Under the pieces are notes generated by a model. The model saw only the letters and a program-made list of their open reading frames with translations, had not been told where the DNA came from and searched no databases. 64,000 bases of DNA from Camelus dromedarius (lineage: Eukaryota): positions 28,894,001 through 28,958,000 of the forward strand of contig NC_087437.1 of assembly GCF_036321535.1 (NCBI RefSeq). Direction: 5' to 3'. Both the position numbers and the translations under genes were made by a program. Positions 39,486 through 52,908 of this stretch are shown here, in pieces. Positions within the stretch are counted from its first letter, which is position 1. Each line of letters begins with the position of its first letter.

Positions 39486-41454
39486 GGCAGGAGGTAGGCA
39501 GGAAAGAAAAAAATTGAGGATCTACATTTATGTCTTTACTGTTTTAAGAACTGAATGAGGGACAATGGGAGTTATATCCAGATAATAGATTTATGAATTT
39601 AAAACATCTTGCTTTTGCTGTTTGTACCACTTACAGTTTCAATCCTCGTAAGATTTTTTTTTTTTTTTTGGTGAAGGGGGCTTTGGTGAGCAAATGTAGT
39701 TAAACTCATTATTTCAGGAGAAACCCAGCATTACAGAAGTTTTAATGAGAGCTACTGCAAGAAGCGTTATCCCACATTCTCTCCTTTGACTTAACACCAA
39801 GGCCAAGGAAAGCTAGCATTCTACCCAGTTTGAGGTGCATTTCATAGATGAAACTGCCAAATGGCTAAAACTGACTCTCAGCTTTTTCTACACTGAAGTT
39901 GGTGTCCTCACTGGTTCAAAATGACTCTTTGTGCCTGTCATAACCAAGTGTATTTAGCTATTTGTGCAGCTAAGACTTTGTGTCTAAACCTGTTGGGCAG
40001 AATCTTATTTCTTGGAAATAGCTCCACGTGCCCTACAAACCACACCCTCTTACTGCATACGTGGCACAGCCCCTTACAATTGCCAGAAAGCGCTTTGTGG
40101 TATTCTCAAACTGGGAGACCTGAAACACTGTGATATATATACATTTATCAACATTCTATGAGAACAGAGATAAAATACTTTCAGATGATTATCTCTTTGT
40201 CAAATTCTAACACCTAGAGAAACCCAGAAAATAACCCTCTAACTTTTTTTTTGGAGAAGAAAGCTCATATCCCTAACCATTCCACCTCCCTGCACAGCAG
40301 ACTGTGTTGAAAAGCCAAGTCACTACAGGGCTATCCCCCAAATCCCTTCACCATTATGTGGCAAATCAAGCCCCTGGGGCTTGGCCCTTTATGCCTCTCC
40401 AGACTCATCTCAACTAAGCCGCATTCTAGGACTGCTTTCCAGGACACTGGACCACTTACCGAGCCTCATGAGACTTTGTTCTGGCTGTCCCTTCTAGCCG
40501 AAATGCCCACTCTCCACAGCTCCAACTCAGTCCTTCATGTGGTAACTCCTGTTCCTAAAATAATGAATGACTGAAGAGGCCCGTCCCAGTCAGGGCAGGC
40601 ACTCCCATGGAACCTAAGGGATAAACCACTTCACCTATAAAGATTGACACCTCTTTTGCAAGAATAGAGCATCTTCTCTGAGGTGGATGTCAAAATCTCA
40701 ACCATCTTTCAGGCTTTTTAGTGTTAATTTAATATGTTAGTTAATCCTCAATGTTAGTTGTTTCTAGGATCCCGTTGCCAATGTCTATACATACTTGTTG
40801 GATGGGATTTTCTTCTGATACTAATTCCCACATCTAACCATCTGGCCAAGATGACGTTCTCTCAACAAGCTTATCTTCCCTATCTCTTCTCTTCTAAATA
40901 TTCCCCAACCTGCTCCACTTCCAAGTCATTCTAATTATGAAGGGAAAAAAATGGTATATTTTCTAACATTAAATTATACCACTTTATAACTCATATGAAT
41001 CTATGATCTACCAATAAAAGGCAGACTTGCATTAAATTTGACTTGTGTGTTTCTGTTGGACCCTTGTGCATCTCCAGTGACTGCCCACAAGCTGGGTGTC
41101 TTGAACCTAAATCTAAGAAACGCTTAATAGCCAGCACACTGTCTATGTGTACAAACCTCTCTTTAAGAGGGAGTTTAAAATAAAACAAACACACCAATTA
41201 GCTTGGGAAATAGAAGGAAATGAATGAATTTATCATTTTGCAAAGTTCAATAAACTCAATTTTGATATGTTAAAAGTACCTTAATGATTGATCAGTAAAC
41301 AAACAAATACTCAAAGAACAAATATATGCAAAGGTGATACGGTCCTCTCTCCTTTTATAAATACAGATTGGTAGAAACTATTTCATTTGCTCGTGAAGAC
41401 TTTAGACTTCTGTGCAAATGAATGGTATGGGTTTTAACAATTATGCTGAGAGTA

Positions 41455-41900
41455 CTCAATTAATGGTTACTATATTCCAGGCCCTGGATTGTGAGGGTGC
41501 GTAAGCAAAGAACTCCCTGGCAAGTAGAGGGAATGAACAAACATATGTAAGAAGGTATAAAACTAATGGCACTGGTGATACCATATGTATTTTTATAGTA
41601 AGGCAATGTGTACAGGAGTAATGTATAGGAGTACAGAGGAGGGAAGAACTTAATCCTGCTTGGGGATAGGGAGAAGAAAGTCCCAGAAAACTACTGATTT
41701 CAGAACTGACATTTGAGCTAGTCTTGAGGGTTAAGTCAAAGTTCACCAGAAGTGGAGGAAAGATATTCCTGGCAGAGAAAGCAGCCAAACAAAGGCTCAG
41801 AGAAGGAGGTGTTGGAAATGGTGAGTGCTGGTGGGAATGGAATGTGGCTATGGAGGGCACTGCTAGTGACAAGGATAAAGCTGTAAAGTGTGGACAGGGT
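41455..41900 (-). mobile_element. L2 3' part
   Basis: ctgacatttgagctagtcttgaggg...atattcctggcagagaaagcagc...aaaggctcagag. Confidence 0.7.
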
Positions 41901-44885
41901 GTAACTGTGACGTACCCGTTGACCAGGCTATCAAATATTTGGCTCTGGAAGTATCAGGGAATCATCAAGAGAGAAATCGTGTCTTCTCTTTTAGAGGTTC
42001 TTGCTGATAAGCCTCCTGCAGGAAAGATTCTATTCCTCACTTAAGCATTCATATCTTGGTTTTTCCGCATCTAGTTTGTATTTTAAGACCCTCAAAAGTT
42101 TGTAGGCTTGGTGTGAGGTGCTCTGTTTACCCACCTGGTTTACATAAGAGCATCTACGGAAGTTCTTTTCTTTGGCTCGAGTCAAACAGTCTGTGTCCCC
42201 TATTACGGTGTGACTGCATTTACTCCAAAAGACATTTCCTTAAAAAAGTTTTACAGTCATTTACGTTCAAAAAGAACCCATTCTTGAGCAAAAACCTTGA
42301 ATAAAAGTGAGGGCGACAGCCAGCCTAGAAACACACAGCAACTCTGGGGTGAAGGGAAAAAGATCTCTGTGATTCCGTGCTTTGAGTGAGTGCCTTCTTT
42401 TGTGGACCTTTCCATGCCTGTCGGTGCTGTTTGATTCCTACAGAAAGGAGGCACTCAGCAGGAAGAGGAAGCCCCAGTTGTCCAGATACCTCTGCATTTC
42501 TCATAATGGAGAAAGAGGAACTGGGATTTACTCACACTCCATTTACTTATAAAGTCAGAAAATAATAAAATGTCACGTCCGTGTCTATATTGGTCACAGG
42601 CATTGTATCCATGCCTTGTCAACAGGCATTCCAAAACTAATCTGTCATTTTGCCTTTGTTGGAATTAAAACATTTAATTTCTTAATTCCATTTCAGCTAC
42701 AGGTTCATTTCACTGTCACTAATGGATAAATGATTCAGACACTGGAGTTGTTTTCATCTCATCACATTGGGAATAAAGATGACAATACATGCTAATTCCA
42801 ACAAAATGAACATTTGAATGTTCAGGAAATTACAGGGTGACTAAGTATGTTATAAAGTGAAGAGTTTGTTTCAGTCACATATAATTAAAAACTCAGAACA
42901 TTTATTTTTTAATTACAGATTCACCAATAAAAATATTTTTATCAAATTTGGTCAATACACAGAGCACATAATTTATTCCAGTTATTTTAGAAAATTTAGA
43001 ATTCGACTGTAATGACTTTTTAGTTTGTCTATGTCTTAATGATATTAAAGCATTTCTATATTTAGTAATTATATTAGAAAGGACATCATATTATCCACCA
43101 TACACTAAAACCAGTCTATTTTAACAGGATTCTCTATAAATTCCTTCCTATAAATGAAAAGAAGATAACACGGCCACAAACTATTAGAACTGTCAGAGAG
43201 AAGAATACAGAACCATTACTTACTAGAAGTCAACCAAAGGTTTACCCTCGTGCCAGATGCTTTAAATACCGTGTCTCACTTTAATCTTTAGCAACACTGT
43301 AAGATAGCATCCCCATTTGCTATTTAAGAATGTGAATCTCAGAAAGACTAAGAAGACATTTGCTCATAGGTATACATTTAAGCAACCTACCTACCACTGA
43401 ACTACTTTCCTATGCAGCAACTTTGTATCCAAAAAAGAAGTAATCTGGCATGAAAATGTGTTATAAAGTATAATCAAAGGCCTGACTTGTTCTCAGGCAG
43501 GGAAGGGCAGTAAGGAAAAGTGAGATTACTAAATCCATAATTTAGGTTGTTACAGGATCCTCAGAAATTCCTGAATCCACAAAAGCAACACCAACAGAAT
43601 CAGAGAAGTTAAGTGATCTGCCAAAAATCAAAAAGCTGAGAAGTAGCAAAACAGGGAATCAAGTTCAACGGATGGCTAGGGTTCACGAAAAAGCTTTGAT
43701 CAGGCATTTACTGCACACAACGTGCTGGGCTGGGCTGTAGAGACACAAAAGGTATGCAGTGCACCCCTAAGAGATTCAAGGCCGCCCCTGGGCTGGGAGC
43801 AGCCCTGGGCTGTCCACGGCTCACCTCACTGCCAGTGCAGGCACAGCTGCATGTCTAATGATGACTTCAGTGGCCTTTCACTCTCAACACAGCTGACTTC
43901 CTACAGAGGAGCTAGTCTTAGAGAAATTGCCCATTAAATGGTATTTAAATATTTACTAGATCAGGAATTTCTACAACCCTCTAATGCTTGTGGCTTTATT
44001 CAGAATACTGACTCTAAGTTTATTTTATTCATGTGTTTCTTTGGATAGCATCTTTCTGCAAGATAGATTTTTACTGCAGTGAGTTAGTCACACTAAGACT
44101 TTTTTTAATATGTTTGTGCACATTTACTACTGTCCTCTAGTGGATAGAATCACAGACTAGCTTACTAAGTACTAGTAACATCTCGTAACAAATCCGGAAA
44201 CAAACCATAGAATATTACACGTTGAAAGCTTGGGTGAACCTTAGAGGGCATTAGAACATCATCACTACCGTCATTATCGCCTTCAGGGACTTCACAATGT
44301 GCCTGGTTATCATTTTCATTTGTAAGTTCCTTCCTTAGAACTTTAGACTCTATGGAGTTGGGAATTCAGACATCATCTACAGGAAGGAATGAGGCCGCCA
44401 AAGATCAGCTGTTCATTTGAAGTCAGAAAACGCTTTAGGGCAAAATGTGAATTCAAATCTACGTGTCCTCTCTCTGCCCTCCCCGAAGCTGCCCCTCTTT
44501 TCCAGGCGCCCCGTGACATCCAGTCACATGAACCTTCTCTCTGTTAACATCCCAGTGCAACTTTAAAAAATTAAACTACGTTAACAAATTATAAAAGAAC
44601 CCAAAATTGCTTTTCATGTCTTGATGTGTTTAAATCTGTTTAATTCTTCATAGGGGTTTTGAGTCAGGATCATTATCAAAATAGGTAGAATAATGTTATT
44701 TCCAAAGCTACTACAAACTTATTTCTATGGTTACAATGACAAAATTATTTTAAATTTTTAACTTCATGGTGATCTTTATAGAGATTAGGGATACATGGAC
44801 CCATAAAACACTTTAAAATGAGTTATGTTTATTCTACAAATTTACTTATGCATACTATAATATAATTCACAATCTAATGCTTTTT

Positions 44886-47647
44886 ATTTAAATATAGTTG
44901 ATGTACAATATTAAGTTAGTGTCAGGTATAAAACATAGTGACTTGGCATTTACACACATTATGAAATGATCACCATGATAAGTCTAGAAAACTTCTGTCC
45001 CCATACAGTTATTATGCTATTATTGACCATATTCTTATCCTACATATTATATACCTGTGGCTTATGTATTTTATAACTGGAAGTTTGAACCTCTTAATCC
45101 CTTGCACCTATTATGCCCAACCCACGACCTCCCTCCCCTCTGGCAACCACCTGTTTATTCTCTGTTATCTATGAGTCTGTTTTTGGTTGGTTTGGTTTGT
45201 CTTCTAGATTCCACATATAAGTGATATTATATGATACTTGTATTTCTTTATCCAGTTATTCACTTAGCATGAAACCCTGTAAAGCCACTCATGTTATTGC
45301 AAATGGTAAGATTTCGTTTTTCTTTATGGCTGAGTAATATTCCACTGTGTGTATATATATTTTTAATTTATATATCTGTATGTGTGTGTGTGTGTATCCT
45401 TATCCATTCATCTATGGATGGACACCTGGGTTGCTTCCAAATCTTGGTTATTGTAAATAAGGCTGCTATAAACACCAGGGTGCATATGTCTTTTTGAATT
45501 AGTGTTTTTGTTTTCTTTGGATAAATACCCTAAAATGAAATTGTTGAATTGTATGCCATTTCTACTTTTAATTTTTAGAGGAACCTCCATATTTTTTTTC
45601 CAAGGGGGCTGCTCTGATTTACATTCCCACCAACAGTGCACAAGGGTTTCCTCTTCTCCATATCCTTGCCAACACGTGTTATTTGTTGTCCTTTTAATGA
45701 GAGCCATTTTGACAAGTGTGAGGTGGTATCTCATTGTGGTTTTGACTTGCATTTCCCTAATGATTAGTGATGTTGAGCATCTTTTCATGTGCCATCTGTA
45801 GGTTTTCTTGGAAAAAAAGTCTATTAAGGTCCTCTGCCTATTTTTAAATTGGGTTCAGTTTTTTGATGTTGAGTTGCATGAGTTCTTTGTATGCTTCGGA
45901 TATTAACCCCTTACTGGATATACTATTTGCAGATAGCTTCATCCCTTTCAGTAGGCTTTCTTTCATTTTGTTGACGATTTCCTTCACTGTGAAAAAGGGT
46001 ATTTTTAGTTTGATATAGTCCCATTTGTTTATTTTTGCTTCTGTGTTCCTTACCTGAGGAGACAGATCTGAAAATATATCGCTAAGACCAATGTCAAAGA
46101 ACGTGCTGCCTAGATTTTCTTCTAGGAGTTTTATGGTTTCAGGTCTTACATTTAAGTCTCTAATCCATTTTTTATTTATTCTTGTGCATGGTGTGAGAGA
46201 GTAATCCAGTTTGATTCTTTTGCATGTAGCTGTCTAACTTTCTCAGCACCATTTTTTGGATAGGTTGTCTTTTCCCCACTATATATTCCTGCTTCCTTTG
46301 TCCTAGATTAATTACCTATATAAATGTGGATTCATTTTGAGCTCTCATTCTGTTCTATTGATCTCTATGTTTGTTTTGTGCTAGTACCATACTGTTTTTA
46401 TTACTGTAGCCCTGTAGCATAGTTTGAAACCAGGCACTGTGATACCTGCAGTTTTGTTGTTCTGCCTCAAGACTTCTGTGGCTACTCAAGTTCTTTTGTG
46501 GTTCTATATAAATTGTAGAACTGTGTGCTCTAGTTCTGTGGAAAATGCCTTTGGTATTCGATAGGGATTGCACTGAATCTGTAGACTGCCTTTGGGGAGT
46601 ATAGTCATTCTAACAATCTTAATTATTTCAGTCCTTGAGCACAGTATATTTTCCATTAGTTATATCTCTTCAATTTCTTTCATCAGTGTCTTACAGTTTT
46701 AAGAATACAGATCTTTTACCTCCTTGGTGAGATTTATTCCTAGGTATTTTATTATTTTGATGTAATTGTAAATTATATTGTTTTCTTAATTTCTCTTCTT
46801 GATAGTTTTTTATTAGTGTATAGAAATGCAACAGACTTCTGTATATTAATTTTGTATCCTGCAACTTTACTGAATTTATTTATTAGTTCTAGTACTTTTT
46901 TGGTGATGTCTTTAGGAAACTGCTTCTGTGCTGGAACTGAAAGCATGCAAGATTTTTCACATGCCCTTTAAGAGCAGAGTCTACATACACATTCAGAGAA
47001 CAAACAGTGGTTTTCAGAGGGAGAGGGGTGGGCAAGATAGGTGAAGGGAATTAAGAGGTACAACTATTAGGTATATAATAAATAAGTTACAAGAATGTAA
47101 TGTACAGCACAGGGAATACAGCCAATATTTTATAATAACTTTTTTGTGGAGTATAATCTATAAAACATTGAATCATTATGTTGTACACCTGAAACTAAAA
47201 TAATACTGTAAGTCAACCACACTTTAATTTTTTAAAAAAAAGAGTGGAGTCTCTGTTTACTGTAGTCCCCTGGCTCTCCCAATCATAAGTCTGCTGGTTT
47301 TCAAAGCCAGATGTTGGAAGCTCATCTTCCTGGTGCAGGACCCCCAGGCAGGGGAGCCAGATGTGGAGCTCAAATCCCTGACTCCTCGATGAGGACCTCT
47401 GCAATTGTGATATTCCCTGTTTGTGGGTTGGCAACTTGGGATGTGGGTCTTGCCTATAATGCATCTTCCCTCTCCTACCTGTCTCATCATGGCTCCTTCT
47501 TTATATTTTTGGTTTTGGAAAATCTTTTCTGCTAGTTTTCAGGTCATTCTCATAGATAGTTGCTCTGTAAGTAGTTGTAATTTTGCTGTGCCCATGGGAG
47601 GAGGTGAGATCAGGATCTTCCTAGTCCACCAGCTTCATGCTCCTTCT
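44886..47647 (-). mobile_element. LINE-1 retaining 5' end and 3' part, interior deleted; ORF2 remnant
   Basis: ORF2 peptides [35 protein letters not shown] (from 46916 downward) and [23 protein letters not shown]...HCWWECK (45408-45788). L1 5'UTR-like sequence at 46917-46982 and 47253-47647. TSD atctaatgcttttt at 44872-44885 and 47648-47661. Confidence 0.9.
46983..47239 (+). mobile_element. 5'-truncated L1 3' end nested in the 5'UTR of the host L1
   Basis: gagaacaaacagtggtt...tgtacagcacagggaatacagccaatatttt...gttgtacacctgaaact plus A tail. TSD aagagcagagtct (46970-46982) and aagagtggagtct (47240-47252). Confidence 0.9.
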
Positions 47648-48519
47648 ATCTAATGCTTTTTTTTTAAGTTCATGTATAACTTAGGTTTGAAATATTTAGT
47701 TTTAATGCTTAGTAATAATACTAAATACTTTAATTTTCAGGTTTCTCATATGTAAAGCTGACCCTCCTACTTCTGTGAAGTTTAACAAAAATAAGGTTTT
47801 TGAGTTTCTGCCTCCCTTAGTGGTATAGCACAGAAGATAAATAAACAATAGTTTCCATCCATATTAGTCCCAGTACCACCAAAACTTTATCCTAAAATTA
47901 AAAGTAAATTTAATAAGCTTATTTGCCATAATTTTCAAGATACTTTTGTAAAGGCAAATCATAAAATGCATTTAATATATTATTAGTTGCATATAACTAT
48001 GAAAGCCGTTAATAAGTCTATGATTTTGGTTCTATTCAAAACTCAAAAGTATTGTGCATAAATTTAAGTGTATGATTTTATAGATTGCTGGGGTTTTCTT
48101 TCTTTTGTCATCTCTTTATAACAGTGTTAATTAACAAAGAGGAGACATGATCTTTTTATGCATTCTCTAGCATTTACTATACACATTTGTTTTTGAAGAT
48201 GCTTTCCCCATCCAGACCTTTTTTTTCAATAATTATGGAAGTTGGTACAAACCTTAACTATTTAAATGACTTTATGAATTTCTATTTAGTCATATTAATT
48301 CTTGTGAAACTTTATGTCATCTGTAACACAACTGGAGGGCATCAGATATTAACATTTGTGAATGATTTTCTTTAAAAAATTTTCCACTTGGTGTTTAGGA
48401 GATCAACCAGAAGATAAAATATGTTAGAAAGTCAGAGTATAATTTACTACATGCTGCCTGTCAGTTTCAAATGGAACTTTATAAACTCCAGAAAAGCTTA
48501 AATAATACAAATCATTTTT

Positions 48520-48563
48520 TATTGATTTAATATCTTCTTTACTGAATTATAGTTGATTTACAT
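48520..48563 (-). mobile_element. Minimal L1 3'-tip insertion
   Basis: tttactgaattatagttgatttaca (L1 terminus) between repeats aaatcattttt at 48509-48519 and 48564-48574. Confidence 0.6.
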
Positions 48564-49199
48564 AAATCATTTTTGAGATGGAGTTTTACCCTTTTACTTT
48601 CTCCCTCCATTGTATCAGCCCATCAAGAATGAATTAATTACATTCAAATCTGAATTTTGCAGTCTAATGAGCAAGCAAATTATTGGCAAAAAGAGATGGT
48701 TATACATGCCACTGTGTGATTTAGCTCAGTCATACATTATCCCTTAAATGTTTATCCTTAAAAAAAAAGGAATGAAATAATACTAAAGGTCAACACTTGA
48801 CTCACAATATGAGGCCTTAAATTTTAATCTAAGTGAATGTGTGACTATATGTCCAGATTTGTACCTGTTGCCCCAGAATAATTATTAGTGACCCTTTCAT
48901 TCTTAAAATTGTGCTAGTTTGAATGGTAAATTAAAAGGTTTCATTGATTTTTGGTAGCAAGCCTATAATTTGCAAATAGCATATATATTAATTTGGATAA
49001 ATAAGTGAGCTTTTCTACTTCCAAGATAATAGTGACAGGAAGTGAGAGTATGCCATATTCACATCTAAAATGAGTTTGTTGAATGGATTTCAGTTTTCTT
49101 TTTACCTGTAACTCCATAATATAATTTTTTTAATTCAGTGAAACTGAGTACTTCTTCTGTATGAACGATTCATTCTCTGGTGTCTTTGATGAATTTTCA

Positions 49200-49620
49200 G
49201 TGTAAAACATTTACTAAAAGCAAAGCAAAGGGATAATCAAAATTACCTATAATCCTACTCCCTAGAGAGAGTTTTCACCCATACGTCTCTATAATTAGGT
49301 ACATATATTTTTGGCAAAATTAGGATTGTTCTATTTACACAGTTTTTGTATCCTGCTTTTTTACTTGTCATCATATCATGAATATTTTACTGATTAGTCT
49401 CCAAAATCTAATTTCTATGCCTACGTAATGTTCCAAAGAAGTTACATGCTGCTGTTTACTTGACCATTGCCCTAATATTGCTCATTTAGGGTGCTGCGAA
49501 TCATTTCTTATTATGTGACTAGCTTTCTCTGCAGTTTCTTTCACAGAACATTAATTAGATTAAATCTTCACTTAAATTTCCCTGATTACAAAGCAAGACA
49601 AAGTACACAGTATACTTTTA
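49200..49620 (-). mobile_element. Old L1ME-type 3' fragment
   Basis: gtatcctgcttttttactt...tttacttgaccattgccctaatattg...catttaggg. Confidence 0.55.
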
Positions 49621-50401
49621 AGATCATTCATTTTGAGCTAAAATCATATTGTATTTTTTTCTTCTGATGGTTAAAGTTGTAAAGTTATTCATGTTTTCCT
49701 CTACATTTTTATTTGGTTTATTTGATAACAAAGAATGATTTAGCAGACTTTTCTACCCGGACATCCCACAGGTAATTCAATCACAGTTGCCCAAACTGAA
49801 CTATTATTCCTCCAAATCTCTTTCTCCCTCATGTTCCCTGGAAAAGGGCCCTGGCATGTGCCCGCCTCCCCAAGCGGGAACCCTGAACTATCTAGCATCC
49901 CCTCAGTCCCTCAGCAGCTATCCACCCTTGCTTAGCTTATTTCCTGCCAGGACTGCTGCGATCACATCCCAAACTCTCTACCTTTAGTCAAAAGCACTTC
50001 TTTATTCTCCTCAGAATTAATATAATGATCTTTCTGAAACACAATTTTTATAACTGAATTTATATATAAAAATCATTTTCAGGTTTGTCAATGACTCTGT
50101 TGCCTACAAAGTAAAATCTGAAGTCCTTTAAATGGTGTGTAAGACCCTTTGGGATTCAATTCTTTTCTCCTTATCCAGCTTCATCTGCCCTTCTGCTGTC
50201 TATGTAACAGCAACACTGGGCATTCAGTTCCACAAAGGTTCCAACGGTATTTCTCGCCTACCATACTCACATTTGCTTTTCTTTCTTTCAAGCATTCCCT
50301 CCTCCTTCCTTTACATCTGTAAAACTCCTACTTACCCAACAAGTATGAGCTCAAGTGACAATTCCTCAAGGAGACTCTGGTGCTCCTTCTCTAACATTCT
50401 T

Positions 50402-50634
50402 TCTTTAACTGTATTTTTATTGAAGTATAGCTGATTTACAATCTTACTTGCAGGTATACATCAAAGCAATTCAGTTATACATATACATACATACATCTAT
50501 ACATATATTTTCAGATTCTTTTCCATTATAGCTTATTACAAGAAACTGAATGCTATACAGTAGGTCCTTGTTGGTTATCTGTTTTATATATAGTAGTGTG
50601 TATCTGTTAATCCCAAACACCTAATTTATCCCTC
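50402..50634 (-). mobile_element. 5'-truncated artiodactyl-type L1 3' end
   Basis: ttttattgaagtatagctgatttacaat...tttcagattcttttccattatag...tgctatacagtaggtccttgttg. TSD ccttctctRacattctt at 50385-50401 and 50635-50651. Confidence 0.9.
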
Positions 50635-50669
50635 CCTTCTCTGACATTCTTAACACTATGGTTTATATG

Positions 50670-50980
50670 TAGGCAGACCTCAGAGATACTGCAGGTTCAG
50701 CTCCAGACCACTACAGCAAAGCAAATATCGCAATAAAGCTAGTCACATAAATTCTTCTGTCTCCCAAGACATGTACAAGTTATGTTTATACTAGACTGTA
50801 GTCTAGTAAGAGGGCAATACCACTATGTCTTAAAAAAAAATGTACATACATAAAAAAATTCTTCATCACTAAAAAAATTCATCTGACAATGCTGGCTTGC
50901 CACAAACATTCACTTTGTAAAAAACACAATATTTGCAAAGCACAATTAAAAAAAAGCCCAATAAAATGAGCTATGCCTTA
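50670..50980. mobile_element. Tigger1 internal-deletion derivative
   Basis: aggcagacctcagagatactgcaggttcagctccagaccac...caataaaatgagctatgcct: both Tigger1 ends within ~310 bp. Confidence 0.85.
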
Positions 50981-51236
50981 CACCAATTATAATACTTATT
51001 ATTTATATTAAATTAGTTTTCACTTCCATCTTGATGTCAGGAGCCAATACTTAGCCAAGTGCGTGACACACAACAGATGACTGATAAATGCATGCTAAAA
51101 GAATGAATGAATGAATGAATGAATGATTAGCTGAATGACTGAGGTAGGTTTGAGAATTCAGCTGGCTCAGGTTCCGAGCAAATAACTTAAATACTACCTC
51201 TGAAAGCCACTCTTCCATTTTGAATTACTATAGGTA

Positions 51237-51737
51237 AGTGCTGTCTAGTAGAAATACACAAGCCTACATAAAGGCATTTTAAACTTTTTAGTAACCACAT
51301 TTAAAAAAGTAAAGAAAAAGTGAAATTTTAAAAATATATCTTATTTAACTCAACATACCCAAAATAATGCTTTCAAAATGAAAATCAACATAAAGTTTTA
51401 ATAAGGTATTTTACATTCTTTTCTTTTGCACTAGGCTTTTTAATTCTATTGTGTATTTTTAACTCCTAGCCCATTTCAATTTGAACAGTTAATATTTTCA
51501 AAAATATGTCATCTGTGTTTCAATTTCATAAAATTCACAGCTGAAAAATAGGTTCTTATACCTGAGTTGTTGCAAACCTACTTAAATTTCTTTCAATACT
51601 TGAGTCCCCATTTAAACTAAAATCTAAATTAATTACATTTCATTAATGTTAAAAATTTAGTTCCTCGGTTTAACTAGCTACATTCAAGTGCTCCATAACC
51701 ACAGATGGCTAGTGGCCACTGTGTTAGACAATGCAAT
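51237..51737. mobile_element. MER33/Charlie1-derived hAT element
   Basis: gtgctgtctagtagaaata...tagtaaccacattt...caagtgctccataaccacagatggctagtggccactgtgttagacaatgca. Confidence 0.75.
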
Positions 51738-52908
51738 TCTAGTTCTTGCTCATAAGCCAAAGTCTCCCTCCCCTGTATTTTACTACTATCATACTTTGGG
51801 CCAAAATGGTATGTGTATTATTTTATGTGTTACATTAGGCAATTTGTAAAAAAAAAACAGAGGAGAATTTTTCTAAATAAGCTTCCTATACATTTGATTA
51901 GAATACCATTTGGAAACCTTAGACCTATTTGCCAAATGCTGTCAATTATTGAGATATTTGGGATACTGTTCAAGAATTCTAGATAGTTTACATGGTATTT
52001 ATCAAAAGTTAATCTTAGAAAACATAAGATTCTTTATGAGGTATTCTTCCCAAATTTGCAGATACTTGTTCAAGAAAACTAATTCAGGAAATTAGCATGC
52101 CTAACTTTACTGATAAGAGCGTGGCCTCAGATGAGCTACGAACCACACACTGTAAGAAGAAAGACACTACCTGGTGTGCGAGTGAGCCACCGCAGACCTA
52201 CAGTTAAAGGCCTGTGGGTATCCTGGAAAAGACCGAGGATACATTTATTGTCAAAACAGCTTTTACCTAGTCGTCTGAGACTAAAGCAGACTGTCTTTGT
52301 GTGAGCCTTATCTGAATTGAACCTGAAACTCTGAGAGACTGAAAAAGAGGTCGGTGTGAAAGTAGATGGCTTTGGGGGAGACCCAGCTGAAGCAGTAAGG
52401 AAGCAGTCTTAAAGTGGCAACCGCTTTCTCCTTCCTTCCTTCAATTTTGCCTGCCTGCCTGCCTGCCTTCTCTAGAGTCTCCTGAAAATTTGCTTTAGGA
52501 ATCCTTTCTAGATTTTGGTAAATTCCAAGATAGGACCAGTTAAGTAATGAAAACTAGGAGTGCCATTTTAAAACCTGCTGGCCTTCCCTAGGCAAAAAAT
52601 TTTCATAATAGAAAAGTGACTTACTAGCTGTGGATTAGCTCTCTACAGCAGTGATTAAAAGAAGTGGTACTGTCTGAAACAGAGACACAGGTATTTGGCA
52701 AGCGGAATGCTACCACGAAAAAGACAATGAATCTTAAAAAGGAGACTGACTTTCAGACTATGTCATATGTAGACAAAGGAAAGCAAATCAAATTTCATAA
52801 ATGGAGTAACTCCCCAAAAAAGACAGACTCACAGAAAAAACTTGGGTTTTTAATTCTGTGCTTAGTTCTTTAATCCAGTAAATTTAATATAAAACATAAA
52901 CTTTAGGA

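Larger units (their letters stand above)
49740..51125 (+). mobile_element. L2 remnant with nested L1 and Tigger1 derivative, (TGAA)n tail
   Basis: ttgcctacaaagtaaaatctgaagtccttt...; ends gaatgaatgaatgaatgaatgaatga. Confidence 0.65.

Noticed and set aside
45408..45788. ORF with clear protein similarity
   Set aside because: Frameshifted LINE-1 ORF2 C-terminus, not a host gene
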